Shown in pieces: positions 52,682-64,000 of a stretch of DNA of 64,000 nucleotides. The number at the start of each line of letters is the position of its first letter. Position 1 is the stretch's first letter. Source of the stretch: Lingula anatina (Eukaryota; Animalia; Brachiopoda); contig CM120648.1 in the NCBI GenBank assembly GCA_051362555.1, forward strand, positions 17,542,587 through 17,606,586, given 5' to 3'. A model generated the notes under the pieces. That model was not told where the DNA came from. It ran no database searches and saw only the letters and a program-made list of their open reading frames with translations. The translations under genes were made by a program, and so were the position numbers.

Positions 52682-52845
52682 CTGAAGCAAAACATAAGAG
52701 GAACGTATGACAAAATGCACCGAATGCACAATAACATTGGTTAATAAGGTTGTCCCATCCCCAGTTTTATGTTCCTTTATTTACAAATGATCGCTTCACT
52801 GGTGTAAATTTAAATGAAGAGTTAATTTTATACAAGCTTCTATAC

Positions 52846-53332
52846 CTTACATGACAAATGATATATACCCTACAAAGCAGTCGTGGAGATGCCCATCGTG
52901 AAAGGCCACATCTTTAATAGCGTGTGTGCCGCATAGATCAATTTTCTTCATACGGCATGCCTTCATACATGTATGTACGGCAAAGTTATTCCATTATTTT
53001 TAAAGATACTAGCGGAGTTCGTACATATAATAAGAACTTTATTTTTACTCTGCACTGCACACTCAAATTCATGCTACAGGTGCTCAGTAAGGTTAATATC
53101 AGAGCCCAAAGATGGATGTGCCATCAGAATATTGTGTTTCTGCAACAGATCAGTCAGCAGACGATAACTGGGATCAAGTGTTCCTTTATGTTAAGGCATG
53201 GAGTTGACCCCAAAATGTTACAGCAAAATGCTACAATACCAGTATGTTTCAGGAGGAACAATGTTCTAAAAACATGGGCTTGGAATGCTTTCTTAACACG
53301 GATTAATCTGATGCCTGAAGCCATATTATCTT

Positions 53333-53372
<40 letters not shown>

Positions 53373-54187
53373 CCAGCAGGCATTCTGCAACATGTCAAAA
53401 TTTGACCACGATGGGATACAAGAAATGCTTCGATTCTCCAGCAAAACCAACTGGAATCCTTTGCTGGTTACCCAGGTTCTGGCACTTCTGGGGTCATTGA
53501 ACCTAACAATGATTTTGCAAGTTTGAAAGAAAGAATTTAAGTTGGCAGCGATATTGCAAACATTTGCAAAATTTTGCAGCAAGGCTGAAATTTTCCAAAG
53601 AGATTCATTAGTATTTGGCAAAATGTAAATCTTAATAAACTCACCTGGGACTTTGTGTTTTTCACCTTTGATTGTCATATTGGTGTGAGTAAAATATACT
53701 GTCTCGTGGTTTAATCCCTTCTGTTTGGCTTCGGTGATCAATTCATCATACGCTCCCTTTTCCAAATTCACACCTAATGAAAACATCTCATAATTGGAGG
53801 TTGTAAATAAACTTTTAAGTTGCATATGATTTTATTGTTTCTTTTTTGTAAAATGTATAAAAGGAAATTGATCAACTTTACTTTCATTATTTAGACTCAT
53901 TTTCATACTTGCCAGGTGGTACATAGGACGTTCACACACCCCATGGATCCCCATGATCGCTAAAAACAAAACGTACAAAAGACGCAGCGGAGGTTGGTGG
54001 ATCAATGGAAGTAGAAATGAGGCACACACCAGGCTTTTGCTGCTGAATGGTCGCTCAGTGATCGGCTTTTGGTCGGCACATAATGTATACCATTTATTCT
54101 ACTTTCAAAGTGCAGCGTGTCAATATGTTTTTCAACAAAGGCAAGATATATGAGGGAAAGAGCTACTGACAGCCTCAATACAACCAA
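52846..54187 (-). pseudogene. Disrupted coding-like segment, possibly TIR-domain-like
   Basis: ORFs 54187-54002, 54029-53832 and 53825-53154, plus the continuation LLTDLLQKHNI..LGSDI..AVQSKNKVLIICTNS, loosely follow a TIR fold pattern. Stops, frameshifts and a (GT)n insertion are present. Confidence 0.35.
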
Positions 54188-55964
54188 TACACTTTATTTC
54201 CTATTGGTATTCTGTTTCTAATTCTTAAAGTTAGCTGTATACTCACCGTAGCAAAAGCAGTCACCCCTCCCACATTTACGCACATTGCTACAAAGGTACC
54301 CGTAGGTTTAATTGTACTTTTGACTAACGTGTGGGCAACTGATCATCGTCTAAATTAGGACATTAACCTACCTAGTGTGACCCTTGGCATACCCATTTTC
54401 AATGCGTGGTTCTTAGTGACGGGCAAACAAAGAAGGGGGTTTTGACCCGCCGAATTTGTGAAGAAAGGGTTTTGCCATGATAGCTGTTCATAGGGTTAAA
54501 CAATATCCAATAACCCTACAGGCATAGGGGCAATTCTGCCTGAGTAAGGATGACCGAAAGAAAATACACTAAGAGAAGAGAGAATGCCAAGATGCCATTC
54601 TCACAGAAAACATTGAATGATATTTAGCAAGAATAGACCAAAGTTTGTACCTGAGTTTACCATCAGAAGACGCCTGCAAAAGTCATTGTCATTTCGTCAA
54701 GGTTGCTGTTAGGAAACCACTGCCAGGAAGAGTTAACATTGAGTCAGATGGTATTTTCAAACTCGGTCATGGGCACCAGCCAACAACTGGACAATTCTCA
54801 CAAGCTTTGTCATAATTAATGGACGCATAAAGGAACCTTAGGGGACCGGGCCACCATTTATGTTCCAACATGATTATGCTACCCCACGCTCAGCCAATGC
54901 ATATAGACTGGGTAGGCAAAGCTGATCCACCCTCAATGGCATATAGGTTTAGAAAACAGCTGTTGGAAAGTATTTCCACATTCCCGCCCCGTGTCAACAT
55001 ATAGCACTCCACATAATCCATGGTATGGGATGGGTGTATTGGCTTCTATAACTGGTATTGGTCAACTAGAACCTTAACGCGGAGCAATGCATCCAATGAC
55101 TGGAAGGAAACTTGACCACTCATTTTAATCTCAACATGATTATGCTACCTCAAGTACAACCAATGCAACAGTAGGCGTAACTTTTTTTGTATTAGTCTAC
55201 AAGTTGCATTAGGGTCACCCTAAAATATTTGCTGCATCTGCAGACTTCCTCTTTTGCAAACGAACTGAATTATCAGAGCTAACCAAAGACACGTGGGTTT
55301 AGGAATGCGGTGGCTTTGTGATCATTCATACCGTACAGTGCTGGTGTGACAGGAATGGTAGTGCTGGGTCCCATATAATTTGTATAATTAAGTACCCCCT
55401 GTATGTCCTGTACATAAATTAAACATGGCAAACTTTGCTCTAGACAAGGCAAAGTAAACCATGCAGGTATATCACGTGTCCTTGTTTTGATTTTTCTAGT
55501 TGTTCCATTTCAAGTGATCTATATGGAACAAATGTCACCTGTGCCCAGTAATTGGTTTTGATCGCAGTCCCAAGCAGACTAACCTACCTGTCACACCAGA
55601 AGAAAATCCAGAGCAATTTCACCAGGCAATGCCCTCATGCAGAAAAATCATATTATTGCTAGAGACAAAATAAAACAGAGGAAAATGTATGATATGAAAT
55701 ATAAATGGTCTTACAGAATGCTTTACATCATGGTGGACCTCCATTTAAGGAGTGTGTCTTGGGGTTGTCTGGGGGTGTGCCGTTGATGTATCAATGTTTA
55801 TGGAAATGTTTTAAGGATAAATGCTACATGGATATTTATTTTAAAACAGCTGGAACCTGTTTCTTACTACGACTTATGTTTAAATGAGGAAAGGGTGATC
55901 AGGATGATCAAAAGTTCAGACTTGTTCAGTTCATTATATGGAACCAACACAACATTTAACTCAC

Positions 55965-56984
55965 CTGCCCCACTGTCTGCTAATTTCAACCTTCGTTGTT
56001 TTCCTATATTGGCAACATCAAAAATATCCTTCTTGGCTTGCGTATCATATTCCTTGTTGGCATCTGCAAACAAATATGGTTAACATTTTTTTTGTTATCT
56101 AGTTTTTAGTTAGATTGATCGGCCCATGTTCGCCTTACCTTTTCAGAATTTTGTTCAGGTATATGCCATAATCAATTTATTGTCAATAGCACCAGTATTT
56201 GGGTGTACTGTTGAATAGCCGAACCTGTTCAGCAGATCGTTATGACAAAAATATGTCCACTTATTGAACTTAAGTCTCTGAGCAAAGAAGCATGGTGGAT
56301 ATAAAATGTATCTTCTCCGTGGTCTCCATCAGGCCAGATAAAAAGAAACAATTAAGAATTAAAGAATGAAACTAATATGTATACTATCATAAACTGATTT
56401 CGAGAGCATCCATTTTAAAAGCCGAGTTGTGAAATGAATTACAAGCGTACAAGTAGGATATTGCGGTATGTATATGTATCACTTACTGTTTGATTGAATA
56501 TTACCTCCACTTAACTTACCTAGAAGAAAATAACTATCTTGACATTCCTCAAGGAAGATCTGCATCTCGGTGTATATCATAGTTGATATCAAGAAGTTTG
56601 GTTTCGTTTACTTTTAGTGTCAAACCCCTCATACGTTCCCTTTCCCAGACCCTCAACTTAAGGAAACAACTCACAAGGTCGTATATGGGTGTTTGTTTGC
56701 AAAACATGCTTCTTTCGTACGTATATCATTGGGGAAAATAAATCAACATTACACCACTTAATTCATTGTGAGCCTCACCTTCACACGTATGGTGCTTTTG
56801 TAATTCAACAAAGTTTTCTCCGTCATCATTAGCATCGTTGGTTGGTCCCATGTTTTTAAAAAATGATCTGAAAGAACATGGTGCAATTGTCAATGAAACA
56901 GACAAACGAATAAATAGACTACAGGCTATCATGAACTGTAACTTACCATTATGGTTATCTACTTTGGAAGTATGGAGACACACC
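55965..56984 (-). other. Exon-like segments upstream of IAP 3, including an intact 99-nt phase-1 exon (56063-55965)
   Basis: ttgcag|ATGCCAAC...GGGGCAG|gtgagt gives ANKEYDTQAKKDIFDVANIGKQRRLKLADSGA. Further strong donors at ~56138 (aag|gtaagg) and ~56519 (tag|gtaagt). WERERMRGLTLKVNETKLLDINYD is weakly death-domain-like. Confidence 0.35.
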
Positions 56985-58249
56985 TACATGTAGTCCCTTG
57001 CCTACAGTGGTTTATCGTTTCATTGTGTTAAAAGCTCCAATGGCCAGACAATTTTCGCAGTGTATGAAGATTAACAGTAAAAAAATACCAACAATAAATT
57101 CGGCAACCGTAGGATGCGCCAACATAATAGATAATTGCGATAGTAATTATGCCGAAATATCAAAATGAATAGCCCTGCCGTTCCAATCGGCAATCCTCGA
57201 CTGTCGAGTGTGGAGACATCCGAGTAGATCCGAGTGCTGCCGTTCGACCCTTTAAACCAATCAAAGCAACGGAAAGAGGTCACATGATCACTTGACCTAC
57301 ATCTGAACGATGTAAACAATGAATTTCCATGCGAAGCTTGCACATTTAATAGATGATTCCCATGCGTTGTTTCAATTAAAAAAAATACGTCCTAGGTTTT
57401 TTAAATCGATGTCAATATTGAGAGAAAGATTTAAATAGTTAGAGAATACGTGTATTTTAGGTGTATTTATATAATTGGCTAAATGATGACGTGAATTCAC
57501 GGCAAAAAGGTAGTATAGCCCGTACACTGTGCACTGTACCACTTCTACAATCGCACACAGGTCACACTATTACCCAATATAGTGATCATATAATCACTTG
57601 CATGTATGTGCAGTAATGTTACATAGAATGCATTTTCAATTCTCAGGTGTGTTAAAGCGCATATAATCACTTACAATTATTTGACTCAATATTTTACATT
57701 GATAAATAGTATAAATCCATGTATAAAGTTGCAAACAAGGTATCATGCGGCCTGTCTGTTTATGAAGCTGGCAAGTGCTAAAAAAATATTTCAAAAATAT
57801 GTAAGTGTTTCACTGGGTAGAATAATTGATTTTTTTATGTTCAAGTTTATCTTTAAATTGCAAAAGTACAATTTTTAGAGAAGTTTGATTATTGCAATTA
57901 ATTGCAGCATTGTCTAGTAACAACAGCATATTAAAAAAATAATAACAGCTCACATTTAACACGGCTTTTATGATATATTTAATATATTTTTTCCAACTTA
58001 ATTATTTCAACTGTGAAATTATAACTTTCTACATTTCTTGTGCATATCTGAAAAAGATTAATAAAATGCCATTCGAACAGGTACACTAAAAGTTTTGCAA
58101 TGGATTTTAGGTCTAAGAAAGCAGGCTAGCAATACCATTTTTAGAGCTGAGCTTGGCAGTTACCCTATTATTTAAACTATAACTAAACCTGTCTAAAGAT
58201 TAGTCTTAGACTGGAACAACTACCAGTAGATAATAGAACTGTACATCAG

Positions 58250-58610
58250 GTGCACAGTCTTGAGCAAGATACAAAGGGAAACACATGGACAGAATCTATC
58301 CAAATATAACAACCCACCAAAGAAATTATATCAAATAGAAATACTGAACATAAAAATCGAAAAACACTTCTGGCAGGAATTAAATAGCTCAATCTCAAAC
58401 AAATTAAGGACATACAAAACAATTAAAAAAATATTATGAATGTGAAAATTACATCAAAATGAGTGTCTTCCCATTAAATATCAAAACACTTGCAAAAATT
58501 AGACTAAGGCTTCATAGGGCACAGACCGTGATCATAAGATAGCGCGAATAGAAAATAGATTTTTAGAAAATAGACATTCCATGTGAACGAAACCTAAGTG
58601 ACCACAACTT
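58250..58610 (+). mobile_element. Non-LTR retrotransposon C-terminal fragment (RTEX/CR1-group-like), interrupted by a small Harbinger-type insert (58508-58594, TAA TSD)
   Basis: FWQELNSSISNKLRTYKTIK..YECENYI..TLAKIRL[insert]SDHN matches the KLRTY..K..E.YL..KxRLSDH motif. Confidence 0.55.
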
Positions 58611-58914
58611 TTTTTTACAAATAATGCAGATAGCTGGCAGCACTGATGACTTTGATATACCAAACCCTGAAACTGATCTCAATTTCTTGTGAGATGGACC
58701 TTGTATTTTGGGAAGATTACAGCTGGTTGATGGTTCTGTAAAAGAAGCAAAATAACATTTTACTTTTCATACCATATATATTAGTGCATTATAATGTGCA
58801 GATACTGACTACTTAAGAAACAACTTTAACGTTGGATAAATATCCAAGTGGGTGTAACAAAGATATGCAAAAATAGTAATGTGCTCAAAATTCAGTTATA
58901 AATAAAAACATCTG

Positions 58915-59842
58915 GGCCCGGTTTCATCAAGGCTGGATAGCGCTATCCTATGGATATAAATGGCCGCTATCCTCTGGATAGAGCTATCCAGAGAATAGTG
59001 CGTTTCATCAACAAAGGACAGCGTTATCCAGGGGATAAATCAGCTTATCCAGAGGATAAATAGGTGGGATAAATCTGCTATCATGCTGTCAAATCCTCAA
59101 AAATGGCGAACCTGCTTGCTTTGGGAGTAAATCCTATGAAATTTTACAGGCGTAGAATGATAAAAAAAAAGAATTTTAGAAGATGTGTGTTTGCTTTAAG
59201 TGATGCTGAATCAATAGATTACATAACAGACTTTATCAAAGTTGACATCATGCCTGCTACAAACAGAACCCATGCAATCTCCGTGAGATAAATTATCTTT
59301 TATTTTACTAAAAAATACCTTTTAAATCGATGAAACAACTCTACACTACTATTACATAATCTGCCAAACTTGCCAAGTCAGCCATTTTGTTAGAAAGTAT
59401 GTCACGACCTTGCCCTTCAACTGTAAACATTACATGAGGCACAACTAATGCAATGTGATGTGTATTTGACACTGACACTAAAATATGCTGTAGATATTAG
59501 TCCCATTTTTTTTAATGAATGTATAATATACATGTCTTGAAATATACTTAGAATATTGTTTATCATGGGTAATTTATTTTCCAAATATGGTATAAATCAC
59601 TTTTTTGTTAGCAACTACCATGGCTTTTATAATGTTTATAGCAACCAACTGCATTATGGGAATGTCTTTTTCTAAATATGGTATTGGATAAATTTATATC
59701 CACTGGATTACTATCATGCTGTTTATCCAGCCTTTGTGAAACACAAATTTATACAGGGGATAACTATACAGAGGATAAGAATTTTATACCTTGGATAGTG
59801 TTATCCATAGGATAGACTATCCAGCCGTGATGAAACCGGGCC
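58915..59842. mobile_element. Harbinger-type MITE with a CTG TSD
   Basis: TIR ggcccggtttcatcaaggctggatag / ctatccagccgtgatgaaaccgggcc; CTG at 58912-58914 and 59843-59845; tatcc/ggata subterminal repeats. Confidence 0.9.
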
Positions 59843-60813
59843 CTGGATACCTGGATACACAAATGATTTAGCAAATGCAGAGCAGACCGCAAATTCTTGA
59901 TTGTTGGAAGTGCAATTATATATACAATCACTATGATTTAACAATAAAATAAATAAATAATAATGAAATAAGATAAGACAGTAGCATGTAAGTTTATCAA
60001 ATGATTGAAACCAAGTAATATTGACAACTAATTACATATATCCTCATGATTCAAAGGGCATAGGGTAGGTATAGGATTCAATGTATTAGTGGCTCAGCGT
60101 GTTCTTAATTGTTGTTAATGAGGAACTAAGCTGTAACAAACTACAGGCAAATGAGATCCACTGTTTAATATTTGTTGCAACAAAGACAAATTAATCAAGC
60201 TTATATATCTAATAAGTAATATGGAGCCCACTAGCATTATGCTGCCCAGATTAATATAAGATGTCTTGAATAAAAGTGCCTCTTCTCTTTAACTGAACTA
60301 CATCTACCAGTCATCCTACTCATTATCATTATTCCTTTATTGATACTGTTTGTCAACGTATTTCTTTATTAATACTATTTATGTATACCTTTGCTTATTC
60401 TATTCATAAGGGAAAGTTATAGTATATAGTTATAGGAGTATTCATAATAGTCCTAATTAAATTAATCACATTGCAGCTTATTCTGTGAAAAGCTATCCTA
60501 CTTTTTCTGGCTCACAAGATACAGTGAATATTCCCTAAAATACATTCTCATTGAAATTGGGCTAAGCCTATACATATTAATATTCACTAATGGTTGCACA
60601 TGTGCAGCAATGTATTGGGGGGAGGACCACTCCACAAATAACATAAAATATTCCACCAAGATACTTAAGCCTCTGTCTCATAAAATCCCACCATAACATT
60701 TGTTTGTATATCTTGTTGTGTGAAGCCTTACATAATTTTGTGTAAATGCAATGCTAATATCTAATATGCTAATAATGAGATGTTAATCATGGCAAGAACA
60801 TCCAGCTAGCTTA

Positions 60814-61028
60814 GGCTGTATTCCCAGAGCTTTTAGATCAATCCATCCCCGCGGGGAATCTCACTAGATTACTGTCAGACAATCAGACTTAAATGTCCGT
60901 CTCGCCTACTATAAGCTGTAAGGGGGTAATTAACTTTCGTGTCCGCCCCGCTGACAGCTGTTTAGCTTGAACCCCCAGGGAGTTAGGTCGATCTAAAGTA
61001 GATCGATCTTATCTCTGGAAATGGGGTC
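60814..61028. mobile_element. Small Harbinger-type MITE (TTA TSD)
   Basis: Imperfect TIR ggctgtattcccagag / ctctggaaatggggtc flanked by TTA. Confidence 0.5.
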
Positions 61029-62055
61029 TTATACTATCTTATTCAACAGATAATGAGTTGTTTCAAATCTTAAAACCTCTAAGTATTTACAAATAAAATA
61101 ATAATAACACAAATTAACTTTTTTATCATTTTCTTTTTTTGTCTTTCTTTCATATCACTTTTATCAGTCACATATTGTTATGTAACATCAGCCACGTACA
61201 ATGTTAACATCACACGATCGGGGCTGACTTAAAAACAAATAACAATATGTTGACATACCTTCTCCAGCATGCCTGCCTTGTTTCTCAGCTTTCTCATACT
61301 TCTTTGCCGCCTGAGATAACCCCTTCTTGCTAGTTAGCTTTTTGTAGCAAAAAAGTGACATCGTGGTTTGGCTTCCAAATCGTCGAATCCTTTATCTAAA
61401 TCCGTACGGATCCACTGAACAGCAGCGGCTTCTCTGCTGCCAAATTTCAGCCGTTGTTTCGCTGTGACTCTAAAAGTTTCCCAGCGAAGACGTGTGATGG
61501 TATCTAGAGTCTCTTAACTAGCTACCTTCTTCTATGTGCATGCAACACGAAAAATGAGAATTTGGCGAAGATTTCGCGTCTCCCTCCTCAGAATCTTCAA
61601 TACAGCCGACCATGCTGCTTTGTTTACATGGCATGGCCTGGTGGGAAGGTGACATGACCCCCTTTTCGTTGCTTTGATTGGTTAAAAGGCTCGAACGGCG
61701 GGGCTATTCATTTTGATATTTCGACATAAATACTGTCGCAATTATCTATATGTTGGCGCACCTCTTGGTTGCCGAATTTCTTTTGGATATTATTTAACTG
61801 TTTATCTTAATGCACCGCAAACAGTACTGCAATATAACAATTAGGATTTTGAATACGTTTTCATCCCTGCTAATCATTTCATCCACGAAAATGCAGTAGT
61901 ATCGAAGTAACAAAGATGCATTAACGCAGTAGTGGTGTGGATCATATTTGCAGTAGAAGTGCAGCATAGCCTACTCCAACTCTACTCCAAAAAGCACATA
62001 GGTTTGTACAGAGAGGAGCATTAATGCAGTAGATTAGCAGCATGATAGAAGCATG

Positions 62056-62355
62056 TATATTCTTCATAAAGTATCCTAAAAGAAAAGATGTCAGAGTGAT
62101 CATCAAATATCAAATAAATAGTTTTTTTTATAGGGGAGTCATTGGGTGTTAAAATACAAATCCTTAATTTTTCTTATTTTTCATGTGTTTTTTTTTTCAC
62201 ACAATTTCTTACCATCAAACTTTCAAATACTTTCAAAATATTCTTCATAAAGTATCCTCAAAGAAAAGATATCAGAATGATAATCAAATATCAAATAAAT
62301 AGCTTTTTCATAGGGGAGTCCTTGGGTGGTAAAATACAAATCTTTAATTTTTAAT
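62056..62355 (+). repeat. Short tandem duplication (~180-bp period)
   Basis: atattcttcataaagtatcct...ataggggagtc...aaaatacaaatc.ttaatttt occurs twice. Confidence 0.75.
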
Positions 62356-63047
62356 TTTTATTTTTTCATAAAAAATGTTCACCTGCAAACTAAAAAAAGT
62401 GCCAATGTGTCCTCCATTATGCATACTACAAGATCACAGTCATATACTCAAATTAAATGAGATTTATGAATTTATGTGGAAGGGGAGTCAAATTTTCATG
62501 GGAGGAGTCAGATTTTCATTATGAAAATCTGACTGGGGGAGTCAGATTTTCATGTTACACCGCTCCCTTGCTCCCTTTATCTCCACCTGGTCGAGTATAC
62601 AATGTGTATGGAACATGCGGAAAAATCATTAGCGCAGTCTATCAGGTATATAATAATGATAGATTTAAAATGATATCTGCATATCAGGTGACCAAGGTGA
62701 CCGATTATTCATAAATAATAATTTCTCCAGGTCCTGAATCTTTCACAGGCAGATTTCATTGACCATACCGATAGTCATAGCACAAATGATATTGCTTGTG
62801 TAAAGCATTTGATAGCAAAGATATTTGAGGTAACATAAGACTTATTTATCCCAAGTGGAAGTAAAATATCAAGGGACCGGGCCTCAGAGGCCCGGTTTCC
62901 AGGAAACGGGACTAACTTTTGGAAAAGTAAATTTCTACATATGGTGTAAATAATTTCAAAACTAATTATTTATCCATTGATCGGGTATAAGTTGCCAGAG
63001 GATTGCATGAAAGGAACAGGCTCAAACCCTGATGCGAACGAAGAGAG

Positions 63048-63312
63048 CCCGCACGAAAATGCAGTAGCATCGATATAGCAAAGAAACATTAACGCAGTAA
63101 TGGTGTGAAGCATATTTGCAGTAGAAATGCAGTATAGCCTACTGCAATTCTACTCCAAAAAGTGCATAGGTTTGTACCGAGAGGAGCATTAATGCAGTAG
63201 ATTAGCAGCATGATAGAAGCATGTTTTAAATATGCTAATTAGCTCCCAAAGCGAAGCAGGTTTGAAGCATGATTGCAGCATGACTGCAATATCTACTGCG
63301 TTTTCATGCGGG
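63048..63312. mobile_element. CCC...GGG MITE (partial second copy at ~61885-62055)
   Basis: TIR cccgcacgaaaatgcagtag / ctactgcgttttcatgcggg with AGAG on both flanks. Confidence 0.75.
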
Positions 63313-64000
63313 AGAGCAAAAGATACATGGGTCCGGGCCTGCGAGGCCCCTGAAAGGTGGATGAGGGTTAATGTTCGAACATGCCAACAGCAGGTGGAGT
63401 GAATAGATGGATCTTACATTTCTTACTGCTGGGTGTTAAGAAGCTAACTGATCAAATGTTTTAAAAGCTGCAATTGCATTTTAAAAACTAAAACAAAAAT
63501 CTCAAACAATTGGATTTTAATTTAAAAATTGTAGTCCTTAATTGGCTGACTTCAATATGAATGACACAGTTAACTATTGATGAAAGACAAGATAGTTTAT
63601 CCAGAGTTCCGGCTAGCTGTTATAAATGTGGTTGAAGGAGAGAGTATCAAACGTAGCAGCAATATGTATGTAGATAGCGTTTTAAAGAGTAAATAAAATT
63701 GTGCCTTTGTCATAGCATTGTTTAGATTATTACCAATGATTTGTAAGAATCAGCTAAAACCACAGCAGATATTCTCAACATCTAAATCGAAAATTTCAAA
63801 ATATACCAATGACAGGTAGTTTTCACCTAATATTGCAGTGTTTGTCCTACGAGAAAACTTAAGTCAAAGCAACTAAGTTTAGGTATCAGGTAAAAACCTA
63901 ATGTTATTCTGAGAACAAATAAAACAGATAAAGATTTAAAAGAAAAGTTCTAATTGAATATTGATCGGCATACAGTTTTTTGCTGTCTTTGATCACCTGC

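Larger units (their letters stand above)
57049..61825 (-). mobile_element. Old internally deleted DNA transposon with ~250-bp imperfect TIRs and intron-split transposase N-terminal remnants (Academ-like, tentative)
   Basis: 57050-57320 is an inverted homologue of 61615-61825. Minus-strand exons ~61615-61259 (..CH..CYKKLTSKK..|gtatgt) and ~58736-58610 (..KKLRSVSG..SSVLPAICIICKK). Confidence 0.5.

Overview
AT-rich, intron-containing animal genomic DNA, probably an invertebrate such as a mollusc (inferred from the IAP cluster and TE repertoire). No prokaryotic features, rRNA, tRNA or CRISPR were seen. The window holds three inhibitor-of-apoptosis (BIR/IAP) paralogues embedded in dense transposon debris. 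(1) A + strand pseudogene at ~5.9-7.6 kb. (2) A + strand, frame-intact BIR-UBA-RING gene segment at 19387-21465 whose 5' exons are not evident. (3) A large - strand IAP (52681->36388) in which one BIR exon and a RING exon are separated by 15 frame-preserving, tandemly amplified phase-1 exons that appear to derive from a decayed second BIR domain. Between the + and - IAP genes lies a nested TE pile: a transposase-like ORF, a near-complete L1/Tx1 ORF2, a 5.1-kb palindromic Maverick/Polinton-like element with AGTAGT termini encoding a disrupted C2H2-finger/A32-like packaging ATPase, and a Gmr1-like Gypsy 3' end. Also present: a 3.6-kb tandem duplication, Tc1 remnants, L2 and other non-LTR fragments, many MITEs with readable TSDs, a possible Academ-like element, and degenerate TIR-domain/death-domain-like sequence upstream of IAP 3. 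Coordinates and alignments were read by eye, and family names come from motif recognition, not database searches.
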